Assembly: GCA_965218585.1 (NCBI GenBank)
Contig: CBDCLE010000024.1
Coordinates: forward strand, 321,037-385,036
From: Terriglobia bacterium
GTDB taxonomy: Bacteria > Acidobacteriota > Terriglobia > 20CM-2-55-15
Length of the DNA: 64,000 nt
Direction: 5' to 3'
Positions 9,554 through 18,151 of the stretch are shown in pieces (the first letter of the stretch is position 1; each line of letters opens with the position of its first letter). Under the pieces are notes generated by a model, which made no database searches, had not been told where the DNA came from, and was given only the letters and a program-made list of their open reading frames with translations. The position numbers and the translations under genes were made by a program.

Positions 9554-10360
9554 CTATTCATCGCTGTGTTTCGGCGGAAGCATCGTCAGCGGTGCTGCCG
9601 CAGAGGTGGGATCGCAATCCACAATCCAATTGATCTCCCGGTCGGTCCGCTCGTATTCGAGGGTTTCTGTATAAGGCCGTGTGAGGAAAACAGGATCCTC
9701 AACGGTCAGGACCAATCTTAGACGGTCGGGTCCGACGAGCGAATAACGTTCTGTGACGTGCTTGGCCCAGGAAGAGGGGACCTGCGACTGATAGTCCATT
9801 CCGTTGGGATCAAAGGTAAAGTTACGCGTCTCGATGACGAATTCGTCCTCCTCGTAGCGCCCGATCGAATGGCCGTAGAAGCCGACGTCGCCCGGCGGTG
9901 GGAACCCCCGGCCATCTGTCCAGATCGTCCGGGCGACCGTATAGGCCATGCTTCCTTCGTTTTCCCAGATGACGCGGTCACCTCGCTGAACGAGCCGTAT
10001 GGGGTTCATCCACCCGAAAGTGCTTGGAATGGATTCGGGTATGCAATAGAACTTGCCCTCGACAGGTTCGTCCTGGAATGCCAGCCACGCGCGCGTCCGT
10101 GCGTTGATATGATCGGACCAGTCGAACCTGCAACCGCGACGGGGCAACTGACGTACGTCTTCCTCGATGATGAAGAAGGGCCCGCACGCCGGCGGATTGG
10201 ACCGGCTCACCCGATCCCAGGTCCCGCTGATGTCTGGTATTTCGCCGTTCTGGGCCTCGGACCGGGCCGAAAGGTTCGTCGCGCCCACCAGGACGGCAAG
10301 CGCCATGAAGAAACTCGTGATCACAGTTTTCCGTCGCCTGTCTTTAGATCTGCTTGTCAT
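9554..10360 (-). CDS. Exported DUF6152-partner family protein (copy 1)
   Basis: Signal peptide; PDISGTW, CIPES, RTIWTDGR, YGHSIGRYE, TERY, TVEDP and DCDP motifs. Confidence 0.8.
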   Translation of the reverse strand: MTSRSKDRRRKTVITSFFMALAVLVGATNLSARSEAQNGEIPDISGTWDRVSRSNPPACGPFFIIEEDVRQLPRRGCRFDWSDHINARTRAWLAFQDEPVEGKFYCIPESIPSTFGWMNPIRLVQRGDRVIWENEGSMAYTVARTIWTDGRGFPPPGDVGFYGHSIGRYEEDEFVIETRNFTFDPNGMDYQSQVPSSWAKHVTERYSLVGPDRLRLVLTVEDPVFLTRPYTETLEYERTDREINWIVDCDPTSAAAPLTMLPPKHSDE

Positions 10361-10397
10361 CTTTTAACTACCTCGACACTCCATCGCGAAGTTGCGA

Positions 10398-11201
10398 TTA
10401 TTCGTCTGAATATTTCGGCAGCAGCATCAATAGCGGTGCTCCTGCGGACACTGGATCGCAGTCGGTAATCCACTGGATCTCCCGATCCGTGCGGTCATAT
10501 TCGAACGTTTCTGTATAGGGACGGGTCAGAAACACGGGGTCTTCGACGGTCAAGACCATGCGCAGGCGGTTGGGGCCTATGAGCGAATAACGTTCGGTGA
10601 TGCGTTTGGCCCAGGAGGAGGGCACCTGCGACTGATAATCCATTCCGTTGGGATCAAAGGTGAAATTCTGCGTTTCGACGACCAATTCATCGCCTTCATA
10701 CCGCCCGATCGAATGCCCATAGTAGGCCACGTCGCCGGGGGGAGGGAGGGGGCGTCCATCTGTCCAGAAAGTACGGACGACGGTCGCCGCCATGCTCGCC
10801 GAAGATTCGGTGACGACGCGGTCACCTCGTTGCGATATCCGTACGACTCCTCGCGCCAGCGTACTCGGGATGGATTCCGGAATACAGTAGAACTTACCTT
10901 CGACGGGTTCGTCCTGAAACGCCAGCCACGCGCGAGTCCGCGCGTTGATATGATCGGACCAGTCGAATCTGCAGCCACGGCGGGGCAAACCTCGCTCGTC
11001 TTCTTCGATGATGAAGAAGGGGCCGCACGCGGGCGGTCGGGTGCGCTCTACGCCCTGCCAGTTGCCGCTGATATCCGGCAGGTCCCCTGCTTCGGCCGGT
11101 GACTGGGCCCTGAGCCCTACCGCACCCACAATCATCGAGACGCCGACCAGAGCAGCCGTAGCGATTGTGTTCCAAGCGCCGAGATGAGATGAACGCGTCA
11201 T
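10398..11201 (-). CDS. Exported DUF6152-partner family protein (copy 2, tandem paralog of copy 1)
   Basis: Long identical blocks with 9554-10360; GGAGG RBS before the ATG at 11201. Confidence 0.8.
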   Translation of the reverse strand: MTRSSHLGAWNTIATAALVGVSMIVGAVGLRAQSPAEAGDLPDISGNWQGVERTRPPACGPFFIIEEDERGLPRRGCRFDWSDHINARTRAWLAFQDEPVEGKFYCIPESIPSTLARGVVRISQRGDRVVTESSASMAATVVRTFWTDGRPLPPPGDVAYYGHSIGRYEGDELVVETQNFTFDPNGMDYQSQVPSSWAKRITERYSLIGPNRLRMVLTVEDPVFLTRPYTETFEYDRTDREIQWITDCDPVSAGAPLLMLLPKYSDE

Positions 11202-11465
11202 TTCTGTCCTTCCTCCTGTCACAAGCGCACTCCGCGCTGCACACGTCTCGCTCTTCCCAGAGCCGACCCGATCTCGTCGTGGTCGAACTGTTTACCGGAT
11301 TGCTTCGTTACCAATACATCCCAAAAAGAATTCGTACGATTGGAGCAAATCTAACTACAGATTGGAGTTGTACGCAAGAAAAGTCTCCGATTCCCCTCAA
11401 CCCGGGCCGGAGCTTTATCGACGATCCGGGGTAACGCGTTGTTCAATTACGCGCTCCCGGAATAA

Positions 11466-13814
11466 TCAGAAGCGCAGTTTCGTCTGAACGGTGAACTGGC
11501 GGCCCGGACCCAGTGCCGTTCCCGAAAAAACGCCGCTGAAGTTGATCACGTTGAGGTGATCGGTCGCGTTGCGCAGGTCGAACTGAACCGATACCGACCG
11601 GTCCTGCTGCTCCCACAAGAGCAGCCCCAGAGAAACATCGACGCTGAACACCGAGCGGAGCCGCCCCCAATCGAAATCAACCCGGTCGAGGATCGCCTGC
11701 GAGATCTGTTGTGTGTCGGCGTCGGGTTTGCTCCCGTCATCTTCACCCCCATCATCGTCCTCGAGTTCCACGGGCAACCCGCTGCCGTAACGGACTCCAC
11801 TGGAAAACCAGAACCGTCCCTCCGGCTGGACACGGAATAACGCCGACACAGTGTTACGCTGATCCTGACTGATTGAGAAACGTTCCCCGGGGAGTCGTAA
11901 TTCGTCGGCTTCGCCGCCTTCGATAAATAGTCCTCCCGTAACCGGTGAGGTCGCGTGCCCGATCATGTTCGAGTAGCTAGCCGATGAAGACAGCCAACGC
12001 CAGGAGGGCAGATCGAGGCGCACCTCGGTGCCTGTAACACGGGCCGTGTTGAAACTGATAGGGAACGATAAACCCGTGTTCAGAAAGACGTCGTCGTCCA
12101 CATAATTCCGGAATGTCCGCCAGTACTGACTGATGTCCAGGCGCACCGCATCGAAGAATGGTTTGCCGAGGCCGACTTCAAAGAAATGACCGCGTGAGGC
12201 AGGAACGGCGACCGATTCGGAGACTTCGTCCAGTCCCAGCTCTCCTGCCGCACTGCTGAACAGGAGATTCTCAGTCGGCGGAGGTTGAAAGATGCGGTCA
12301 TATGCCGCCCGTAATTGTATGTCCACCGCCGGAATCCAATAGCTGACGGCAACCCGCGGACTGACGGCGTCATCATTGATCAGGAAATCATAGTGGTCAT
12401 AACGGAGTCCGATGTTTGCCGCAAAGTTTCCTAAGCGCACCTGGTCCCGGACGAAAAGGGAAAATTCCTGACTCTGCTTCTCGCCCTGAAAGTCTACATC
12501 GAAGCCCGGATGAGCTTCGGTTTCGCCGAAGCGGAATGCCTCTCGTATATCGCTGATTCGAACATCTCCACCAAATTTCAGCGTATGACGCTCGTCCTCG
12601 AAGGTGAGGTCTGCTATCAGCGTCGACTCCCGGAAACCTCGATCCTGTTCGACGCGTACGGGTGTCGCCTGCGGATTGCTCCAGAGCCGGGCCGAGAGAT
12701 CGCGATGCATGAATCGAACGGTTCCCAGGACATTGGTTGAAACAACTCGCTGGTAGTTCACCCCCAAGGCGGTCTCGCCGGAAAACCTGTCTTGTCGTTG
12801 GCCCGCTTCTTGCTGGGTGAGGTCGTTCGGGACCAGGAACCGGCTTTCACCAGTCCGCACATAGAACGAAATCCGATCCTGGGGAGTCAAATCGTGGTCA
12901 ATCCGAAGATCAAAACCGCCCGTCGTCGCCTTGTTCGTGAAGTTTTCCCTCGACGGAGGGTCCAAGTAACGGTCGGTCGAACCACCCCGACTACCAAGAG
13001 AAATCGACGTGTTGTCGGTCCCAACCTGGTATCGAATGGATCCGGCGCGGTTGTCGAAGCTGCCGAGCTGGGTGTCGATCTCGATTCCGTGGCCGGGCGT
13101 GCCGACTCTACGGGTGTCGAGAGCTATGACACCACCGAGACGTCGACCATATTCGGCCGGGAGACCACTGGTCATGACGTTAACGGCCTCAAATTCGGCC
13201 GTCTCGAAACCAGGAGCGAAGCCGATCGACCGGTTGTCATAGACGGGCATCCCGTCCACGACGTACTGGGTGTCGTATTCCGATCCTCGAGGATGAAGGA
13301 CCGCGTTAGCTTCTACCAGCCAGCCCGGTAGAGTCGTGACGACATCCACCGCGCTGCGGCCGAGGGTTGTCCCTGCAATCCTCTCGAGCTCGGTGCGGCC
13401 GATCTGCATCACTGCCGCGGGCTGAGCGATGTCCAGGAGAGGGGCCGTATCGGTCACCGTAATGGCAGTCGAGGTCCCTGCTACTTCCAGTGAGACAGTA
13501 ATGTTGCGGGGAATGGCCGTCCGGATTTCAATCGTAGTGCCGAACTCTCGAAATCCGATTCGGCCGACCGTGAGGCGATACGTTCCCGGCCGCAGCCGTA
13601 GCATGCGCGCCAGCCCCTCCGGGCCTGTCTCGGCTCTGGCTTCGAATCGGGGATTCCGGCCTGCCAATTCGACATCCGCGAGAGGGAGGGCCAGCCCCTC
13701 GGAGTCGGTGACCAGAACGCGGATTTCTCCTTCCATAACCTGGGCCTGTGCGAGACCTGTTCCGAACAGAACGATAGAGAGCAATCGGATCCAAGTGCCG
13801 AGTTCTTTCATCAC
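11466..13814 (-). CDS. TonB-dependent receptor with N-terminal carboxypeptidase-regulatory-like domain
   Basis: Signal peptide; LRPGTYRLTV; plug HPRGSEYDTQYVVDG and PAEYGRRLGGVI; GLRYD; C-terminal LRF. Confidence 0.88.
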   Translation of the reverse strand: MMKELGTWIRLLSIVLFGTGLAQAQVMEGEIRVLVTDSEGLALPLADVELAGRNPRFEARAETGPEGLARMLRLRPGTYRLTVGRIGFREFGTTIEIRTAIPRNITVSLEVAGTSTAITVTDTAPLLDIAQPAAVMQIGRTELERIAGTTLGRSAVDVVTTLPGWLVEANAVLHPRGSEYDTQYVVDGMPVYDNRSIGFAPGFETAEFEAVNVMTSGLPAEYGRRLGGVIALDTRRVGTPGHGIEIDTQLGSFDNRAGSIRYQVGTDNTSISLGSRGGSTDRYLDPPSRENFTNKATTGGFDLRIDHDLTPQDRISFYVRTGESRFLVPNDLTQQEAGQRQDRFSGETALGVNYQRVVSTNVLGTVRFMHRDLSARLWSNPQATPVRVEQDRGFRESTLIADLTFEDERHTLKFGGDVRISDIREAFRFGETEAHPGFDVDFQGEKQSQEFSLFVRDQVRLGNFAANIGLRYDHYDFLINDDAVSPRVAVSYWIPAVDIQLRAAYDRIFQPPPTENLLFSSAAGELGLDEVSESVAVPASRGHFFEVGLGKPFFDAVRLDISQYWRTFRNYVDDDVFLNTGLSFPISFNTARVTGTEVRLDLPSWRWLSSSASYSNMIGHATSPVTGGLFIEGGEADELRLPGERFSISQDQRNTVSALFRVQPEGRFWFSSGVRYGSGLPVELEDDDGGEDDGSKPDADTQQISQAILDRVDFDWGRLRSVFSVDVSLGLLLWEQQDRSVSVQFDLRNATDHLNVINFSGVFSGTALGPGRQFTVQTKLRF

Positions 13815-13953
13815 GGTTGCCGTTTTTTTTCGATTCGTCTCAATTGCTTGCTGTCGAGGTGTTCCATCTGAGTTTGGGGATGACGTGTCCTCGAACGTCG
13901 AATTTCTTCTCTTCCCAATATCCTATCAGTTGGGAAGAGCTGCGTATTCTCGT

Positions 13954-14286
13954 TTAGGAGCCGGCTGAAAGAAAGAAAATTAGCTTTCGTGTTGAATCGG
14001 CTGAGTGAGAACTTCGGACACTCGATTCAAACAGTTCGGACGGGGTGAACGGTTTTTGAAGGAGTTCTGATGGGGGTATCTGGTGGATGGAATCGTCTGC
14101 ATAGCCCGACATGAAAGCGACTCTCGTGGTTGGATTTTTCCGGACCCACTCGCTCGTGAACTCGGGCCCGTTCATGCCGGGCATTATGATGTCGCTTAGA
14201 ATCAGGTCCACGGATCTTTCCGAGTACAGGGCCAACGCCTGCGCCGGTAAAGTGGACACGCCTTGAGTCAATCGAAGGATGGACAA
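13954..14286 (-). pseudogene. Response-regulator receiver domain remnant
   Basis: VDLILSDIIMPGMNG, FMSGY and LQKPFT are present, but the N-terminal acidic-pocket strand (xLxVDD) is missing. Confidence 0.6.
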
Positions 14287-14292
14287 GAAGGG

Positions 14293-15249
14293 CTATCCCT
14301 TCTTGATCGTATCTCCAGTCTGTACACCCCTGTAGAGCAAGGATTCTTCCATGCCGGCTTCCAGGCACCGCTCAGCGAAGTTTTTCGGTGTCTGAGAAAA
14401 TTCCTCCCCGACCCAGTCGTCATCCACGATATCGGAGTCGAAGTCGTACTCGGCGCCTCCGCCCGACGGATTGAGGAAATACCAGAAGTAGCAGGAGGAA
14501 ATCGGATGGCGTCCAGGCCCCAGCATCGTTTTCCAACCCCTGCGGGTCATGTTCAGACCCCCGCCGAACAGCTCGTGAATGTTGGCGACCTCGAAGGCGA
14601 GGTGATGGAATCCCAGCTTTTCGCCCCTGCCTTCAGGGTTGAGCAGGAACAGATTGTGGTGGCTCTTAGATGCGCCGCCCCGGAGGAAGTAGGCGACTCC
14701 CGGATAGCTGTCGCTGACCTTGAATCCCAGGCGATTCACGTAGAAATCGAGTTCGACTTCCGTGTCGGTCACCATGAAGACAACGTGCGTCATCTCCATA
14801 GGTTGAGCGGATTTGTAGAATTTCGCGCGACGGTTCAGTCGCCCCACACGGCCCGGCATGTTGAATTCCGGATCCGGCGCCCTCACCTGGCGGCAACGCG
14901 ACACGCGGAAACCGAGTCCAAACCCCAGGGGATCGATTGTGTGGATCGTGCCGTCGTTGTCTCGTGTAACGGTCCGATCCCGTGATAACTCTTCTTCCAG
15001 AGCCTCTAGATCATCCGCGGAGCGGACTCCAAACACAGATTCCCGGACTGTCGGACCCGGTTCGATCGCGACCGGTAATTCGGTGTCGCCTTCGAGGCGT
15101 ACTTCTACAGTAGATTCATCCTGGGCAGCGAACAGCAATCGCGAAGTGTCTTCGTCTCGGAGCGAAAGACCAAAATCCTCCCAGAACTTTCCAGCCCTCG
15201 ACAGGTCGTCGACACCATAGGTCACTCGATCGAGAGTCGTCACATTCAT
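14293..15249 (-). CDS. VOC/glyoxalase superfamily, extradiol dioxygenase-like
   Basis: THVVF, HHNLFL, FHHLAFEV, GPGRHPISSCYFWYF and AEYDFD metal-ligand pattern. Confidence 0.85.
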   Translation of the reverse strand: MNVTTLDRVTYGVDDLSRAGKFWEDFGLSLRDEDTSRLLFAAQDESTVEVRLEGDTELPVAIEPGPTVRESVFGVRSADDLEALEEELSRDRTVTRDNDGTIHTIDPLGFGLGFRVSRCRQVRAPDPEFNMPGRVGRLNRRAKFYKSAQPMEMTHVVFMVTDTEVELDFYVNRLGFKVSDSYPGVAYFLRGGASKSHHNLFLLNPEGRGEKLGFHHLAFEVANIHELFGGGLNMTRRGWKTMLGPGRHPISSCYFWYFLNPSGGGAEYDFDSDIVDDDWVGEEFSQTPKNFAERCLEAGMEESLLYRGVQTGDTIKKG

Positions 15250-15309
15250 GTTCTTTTGTTCCGTTGTAATGTTGGAATCTGGCAGGTTTCGACCGAGACG
15301 TTCAACGGT

Positions 15310-15357
15310 GCGGATCATGCAGGTTCCTTTAAAGCGGATCATGCAGGTTCCTTTAAA
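15310..15357. repeat. Perfect 24-bp tandem duplication GCGGATCATGCAGGTTCCTTTAAA x2
   Basis: Read directly at 15310-15333 and 15334-15357, in the divergent intergenic region. Confidence 0.9.
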
Positions 15358-15457
15358 TATGTAATAAGGTACCTATGTTAGACCAGTTTGGCGTTCGGGG
15401 TCGGTGATTCAGGGTTGAGGGTGTCAGAATCGAAATATTCGGGAAAAAGAGAGCATT

Positions 15458-16447
15458 GTGCGCCGAGCGGCGAAAGTAATCGGGAAAGTAGTCGGAGTGA
15501 TCCTGGTCGGGTTCGTCGTGTTCGCTTACCTGAACAACTCCTCGCGGAGAGCGGAACTGAGAACAGGTCTCCCGACCGTGCTGTCCCATCGCGGCGTATC
15601 CCAACAGTTCGAAGGAGCCGGATTTTCACCCGGGAGTTGTGAAGCAGAGCGCATCGCTCGTCCGTCGCACGATTACATCGAAAACACGATCCGGTCCATG
15701 GAAGCTGCTTTTGGGCGGGGCGCCGATGTCGTTGAGTTCGACGCTCAGTTGACCCGCGATGGTCAGTGGGCGGTCTTTCATGACCGACGGCTGGAGTGCC
15801 GGACGAACGGAACCGGTCTGGTGGCCGAACACACGCTGGAAGAACTCCAGGCTCTTGATGTCGCCTACGGATACACAGCAGATGGCGGGAAGACCTATCC
15901 GTTTCGTGGTATCGGTGTTGGCCAGATGCCATCAATGGATGAGGTCTTCGAGTCATTTCCAGCAAAGTCGTTTCTGATAGACATCAAGGCAAACGATACC
16001 GGAGACGGTGTCCGTCTCGCCCGCCGTCTCGCCCAGTTGCCTTCCGAGAGGCGCAACACCTTGACCATCTTCGGCAGGGAAGAGGTTCTGGTTCGGTTCA
16101 GGGCAGATCTGCCGGAAATTCCAGCGTTTTCACTTCAGTCTATCCAGGCATGCCTGGTCCCGTATATCGCCTACGGTTGGACGGGCATCGTTCCCAGGGC
16201 GTGCCACGACGCGCCGGTTTACGTTCCAATTAACGTCGCACCCTTCTTGTGGGGATGGCCCAACCTCTTCATGGACCGATTGGAAGCCGGGGGGAGCACG
16301 ATTGTGACCGTCGGACCCTTCCCCGGCGGAATTTCACCGGGCGTGGATACACTCGAAGACCTGTCTCGGCTTCCGGACGACTATAACGGAGGTATCTGGA
16401 CGAACGATGTTCGGTTGGTCCGGGATTCCATAGAGAGCGTTCAGTAA
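15458..16447 (+). CDS. Glycerophosphodiester phosphodiesterase family protein
   Basis: SHRG, ENTIRSM, VEFDAQLTRDG, FHD and LIDIK motifs; N-terminal anchor. Confidence 0.9.
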   Translation: MRRAAKVIGKVVGVILVGFVVFAYLNNSSRRAELRTGLPTVLSHRGVSQQFEGAGFSPGSCEAERIARPSHDYIENTIRSMEAAFGRGADVVEFDAQLTRDGQWAVFHDRRLECRTNGTGLVAEHTLEELQALDVAYGYTADGGKTYPFRGIGVGQMPSMDEVFESFPAKSFLIDIKANDTGDGVRLARRLAQLPSERRNTLTIFGREEVLVRFRADLPEIPAFSLQSIQACLVPYIAYGWTGIVPRACHDAPVYVPINVAPFLWGWPNLFMDRLEAGGSTIVTVGPFPGGISPGVDTLEDLSRLPDDYNGGIWTNDVRLVRDSIESVQ

Positions 16448-16469
16448 ACAGTAAAGACTCACGAAGCGT

Positions 16470-17390
16470 ATGAGCATCACCACTACGGCAAACATCGACG
16501 GCGTGATCACGCCGTTGGCCGAGGCCCGGATTCCGGTGACTGACAGGGGGTTCCTTTTCGGTGACTCCGTCTATGAAGTTTTCCGGACATATTCCGGTGT
16601 CGGCTTTCTCTACGACGAGCACTGGGCCCGGCTTGGGAATTCGGCCCGGTTGATCCATATGGAGGTTGGGTACTCCGGCGAGGCTTTTCTCGAAGAGGTG
16701 CGGCGAACCATTGTTGCCAGCCGAGCACCAGAATCCAGGGAAGACGTGTACGTCCGATACATCGTCACCCGCGGCGACGGCCCGGTCGACCTGGTTCCAC
16801 CCCCAGAGGTTCGGAGCCGCTTCGCTGTCATCGTGAAGGAAGCGCCCAGTTGGGACCCGAAGTTCTATTCCGAGGGCGTTACACTGGCCGTTCCCAGGGT
16901 GCGCCGGAACCCGTCGAACGCGCTGGATCCGAACATCAAGAGTGGAAATTATCTCAACAACGTATTAGGGATTATCGAAGCCCGCGCCATGGACGCGGAC
17001 GATTGTGTTCTTCTCAACGATCAGGGGCTGGCGACGGAATCCTCGACCAGCAATGTATTTTTCGTTGTCGGGGATCGCCTGGTGACGCCGTTCCAGAGGG
17101 CGGGAAACCTGATCGGCCTGACCAAGAAAACCCTGCTCGGACTCTGCCGCAACGAAGGAATTGATGCAGCGGAAACGGCGATCGGGGTTGGAGATATGCG
17201 CGAGGCGTCCGAGTGCTTTCTCACAAGCTCGACCCGCGAAATCATGCCTGTTCGAAGCCTGCGCCTCCAGAGTAGCGAAGTGTTTGACTACCCGGCCGGG
17301 GGCGGACCTCTAACCCGAAAGACGATGGAGTTGTATAAAGCGTTCGTGGCCAGGTACGTTGCAGGACACGAATCGGAGCGGTTTTTTTGA
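16470..17390 (+). CDS. Aminotransferase class IV (BCAT/D-amino-acid transaminase/ADC lyase fold)
   Basis: DRGFLFGDSVYE, IKSGNYL, ESSTSNVF and FLTSSTREI motifs. Confidence 0.9.
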   Translation: MSITTTANIDGVITPLAEARIPVTDRGFLFGDSVYEVFRTYSGVGFLYDEHWARLGNSARLIHMEVGYSGEAFLEEVRRTIVASRAPESREDVYVRYIVTRGDGPVDLVPPPEVRSRFAVIVKEAPSWDPKFYSEGVTLAVPRVRRNPSNALDPNIKSGNYLNNVLGIIEARAMDADDCVLLNDQGLATESSTSNVFFVVGDRLVTPFQRAGNLIGLTKKTLLGLCRNEGIDAAETAIGVGDMREASECFLTSSTREIMPVRSLRLQSSEVFDYPAGGGPLTRKTMELYKAFVARYVAGHESERFF

Positions 17391-17395
17391 TTCTT

Positions 17396-17504
17396 CTGTA
17401 GGTGCGGGAGTTCATTAGCATGGGCCCCCCGTCCTTGGGCCGGTCCCCCCATGCTTGAGCGCCGGTTAATTTCGGGGCCGTGCCGTCATAGACCGCACCG
17501 ACAG
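17396..17504. repeat. Degenerate REP/REPIN-like element, copy 2
   Basis: CTGTAGGTGCGG...CCGCACCGACAG inverted ends (1 mismatch) between convergent genes; the right arm GTCATAGACCGCACCGACAG resembles copy 3. Confidence 0.55.
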
Positions 17505-17511
17505 GGAAGAG

Positions 17512-17778
17512 TTAAGAAATAGAATCTTCTGCCTTTGGCTCCGCTTCCTCCCGTCGCCGGTGCCGCCAGCCGATTCTTCGGCGTCTGCCCAAACCTCCAA
17601 AAAGAATCCTTGAAAGACCCAATAATCCCAGGGCTTGCCAATAGGTGATCTGGGGCAGGTCAAAGATGGCCGGCATCAACCAGTTCCACAGCGCCATGAG
17701 AGCGACGCTGTAGATCGCGATGGCGACGACCACGAAAAGGACAAACTTCGGGATGCGCCTGGGTGAATCCTCTTTCAT
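17512..17778 (-). CDS. Small membrane protein
   Basis: MALWNWLMPAIFDLPQITYWQALGLLGLSRILFGG, a conserved-looking 2-TM pattern. Confidence 0.7.
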   Translation of the reverse strand: MKEDSPRRIPKFVLFVVVAIAIYSVALMALWNWLMPAIFDLPQITYWQALGLLGLSRILFGGLGRRRRIGWRHRRREEAEPKAEDSIS

Positions 17779-17820
17779 TCCCGCATCGGGCCGAGGTGCC
17801 AAGGGAAAGGGGGTCGGTCT

Positions 17821-18060
17821 CTAGTGATAGTGGCCGTGTTCGGGTGACCAGACGGCGGCCGGCGTGTCCTCGGCCTCGCTCGTGGCCACGGCTCTGACGA
17901 ATCCGATGGTACCAATGAGCAGAAGGCTGCCTAAGAGGAGAACAAGAGCCCTGGACGTCGAGTTGTTGGCTGTCGCGGCTGTACTGCCACAGCAGTTTTT
18001 GTATTTCTTGCCGCTGCCGCAGGGGCATGGCTGGTTTCGACCGACTTTTTCTTTTTTCAT
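17821..18060 (-). CDS. SEC-C motif small membrane protein with C-terminal WSPEHGHYH
   Basis: [18 protein letters not shown], one TM helix and a His-rich tail. Confidence 0.8.
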   Translation of the reverse strand: MKKEKVGRNQPCPCGSGKKYKNCCGSTAATANNSTSRALVLLLGSLLLIGTIGFVRAVATSEAEDTPAAVWSPEHGHYH

Positions 18061-18151
18061 AAGTAACCTTTGCTCCGATTCAGAAAGCCCACTGGAAGCT
18101 TATAAGAGCAACAGGGCGCGGTCAATCAGAACGCGCCCTGTTCTATTTGGA

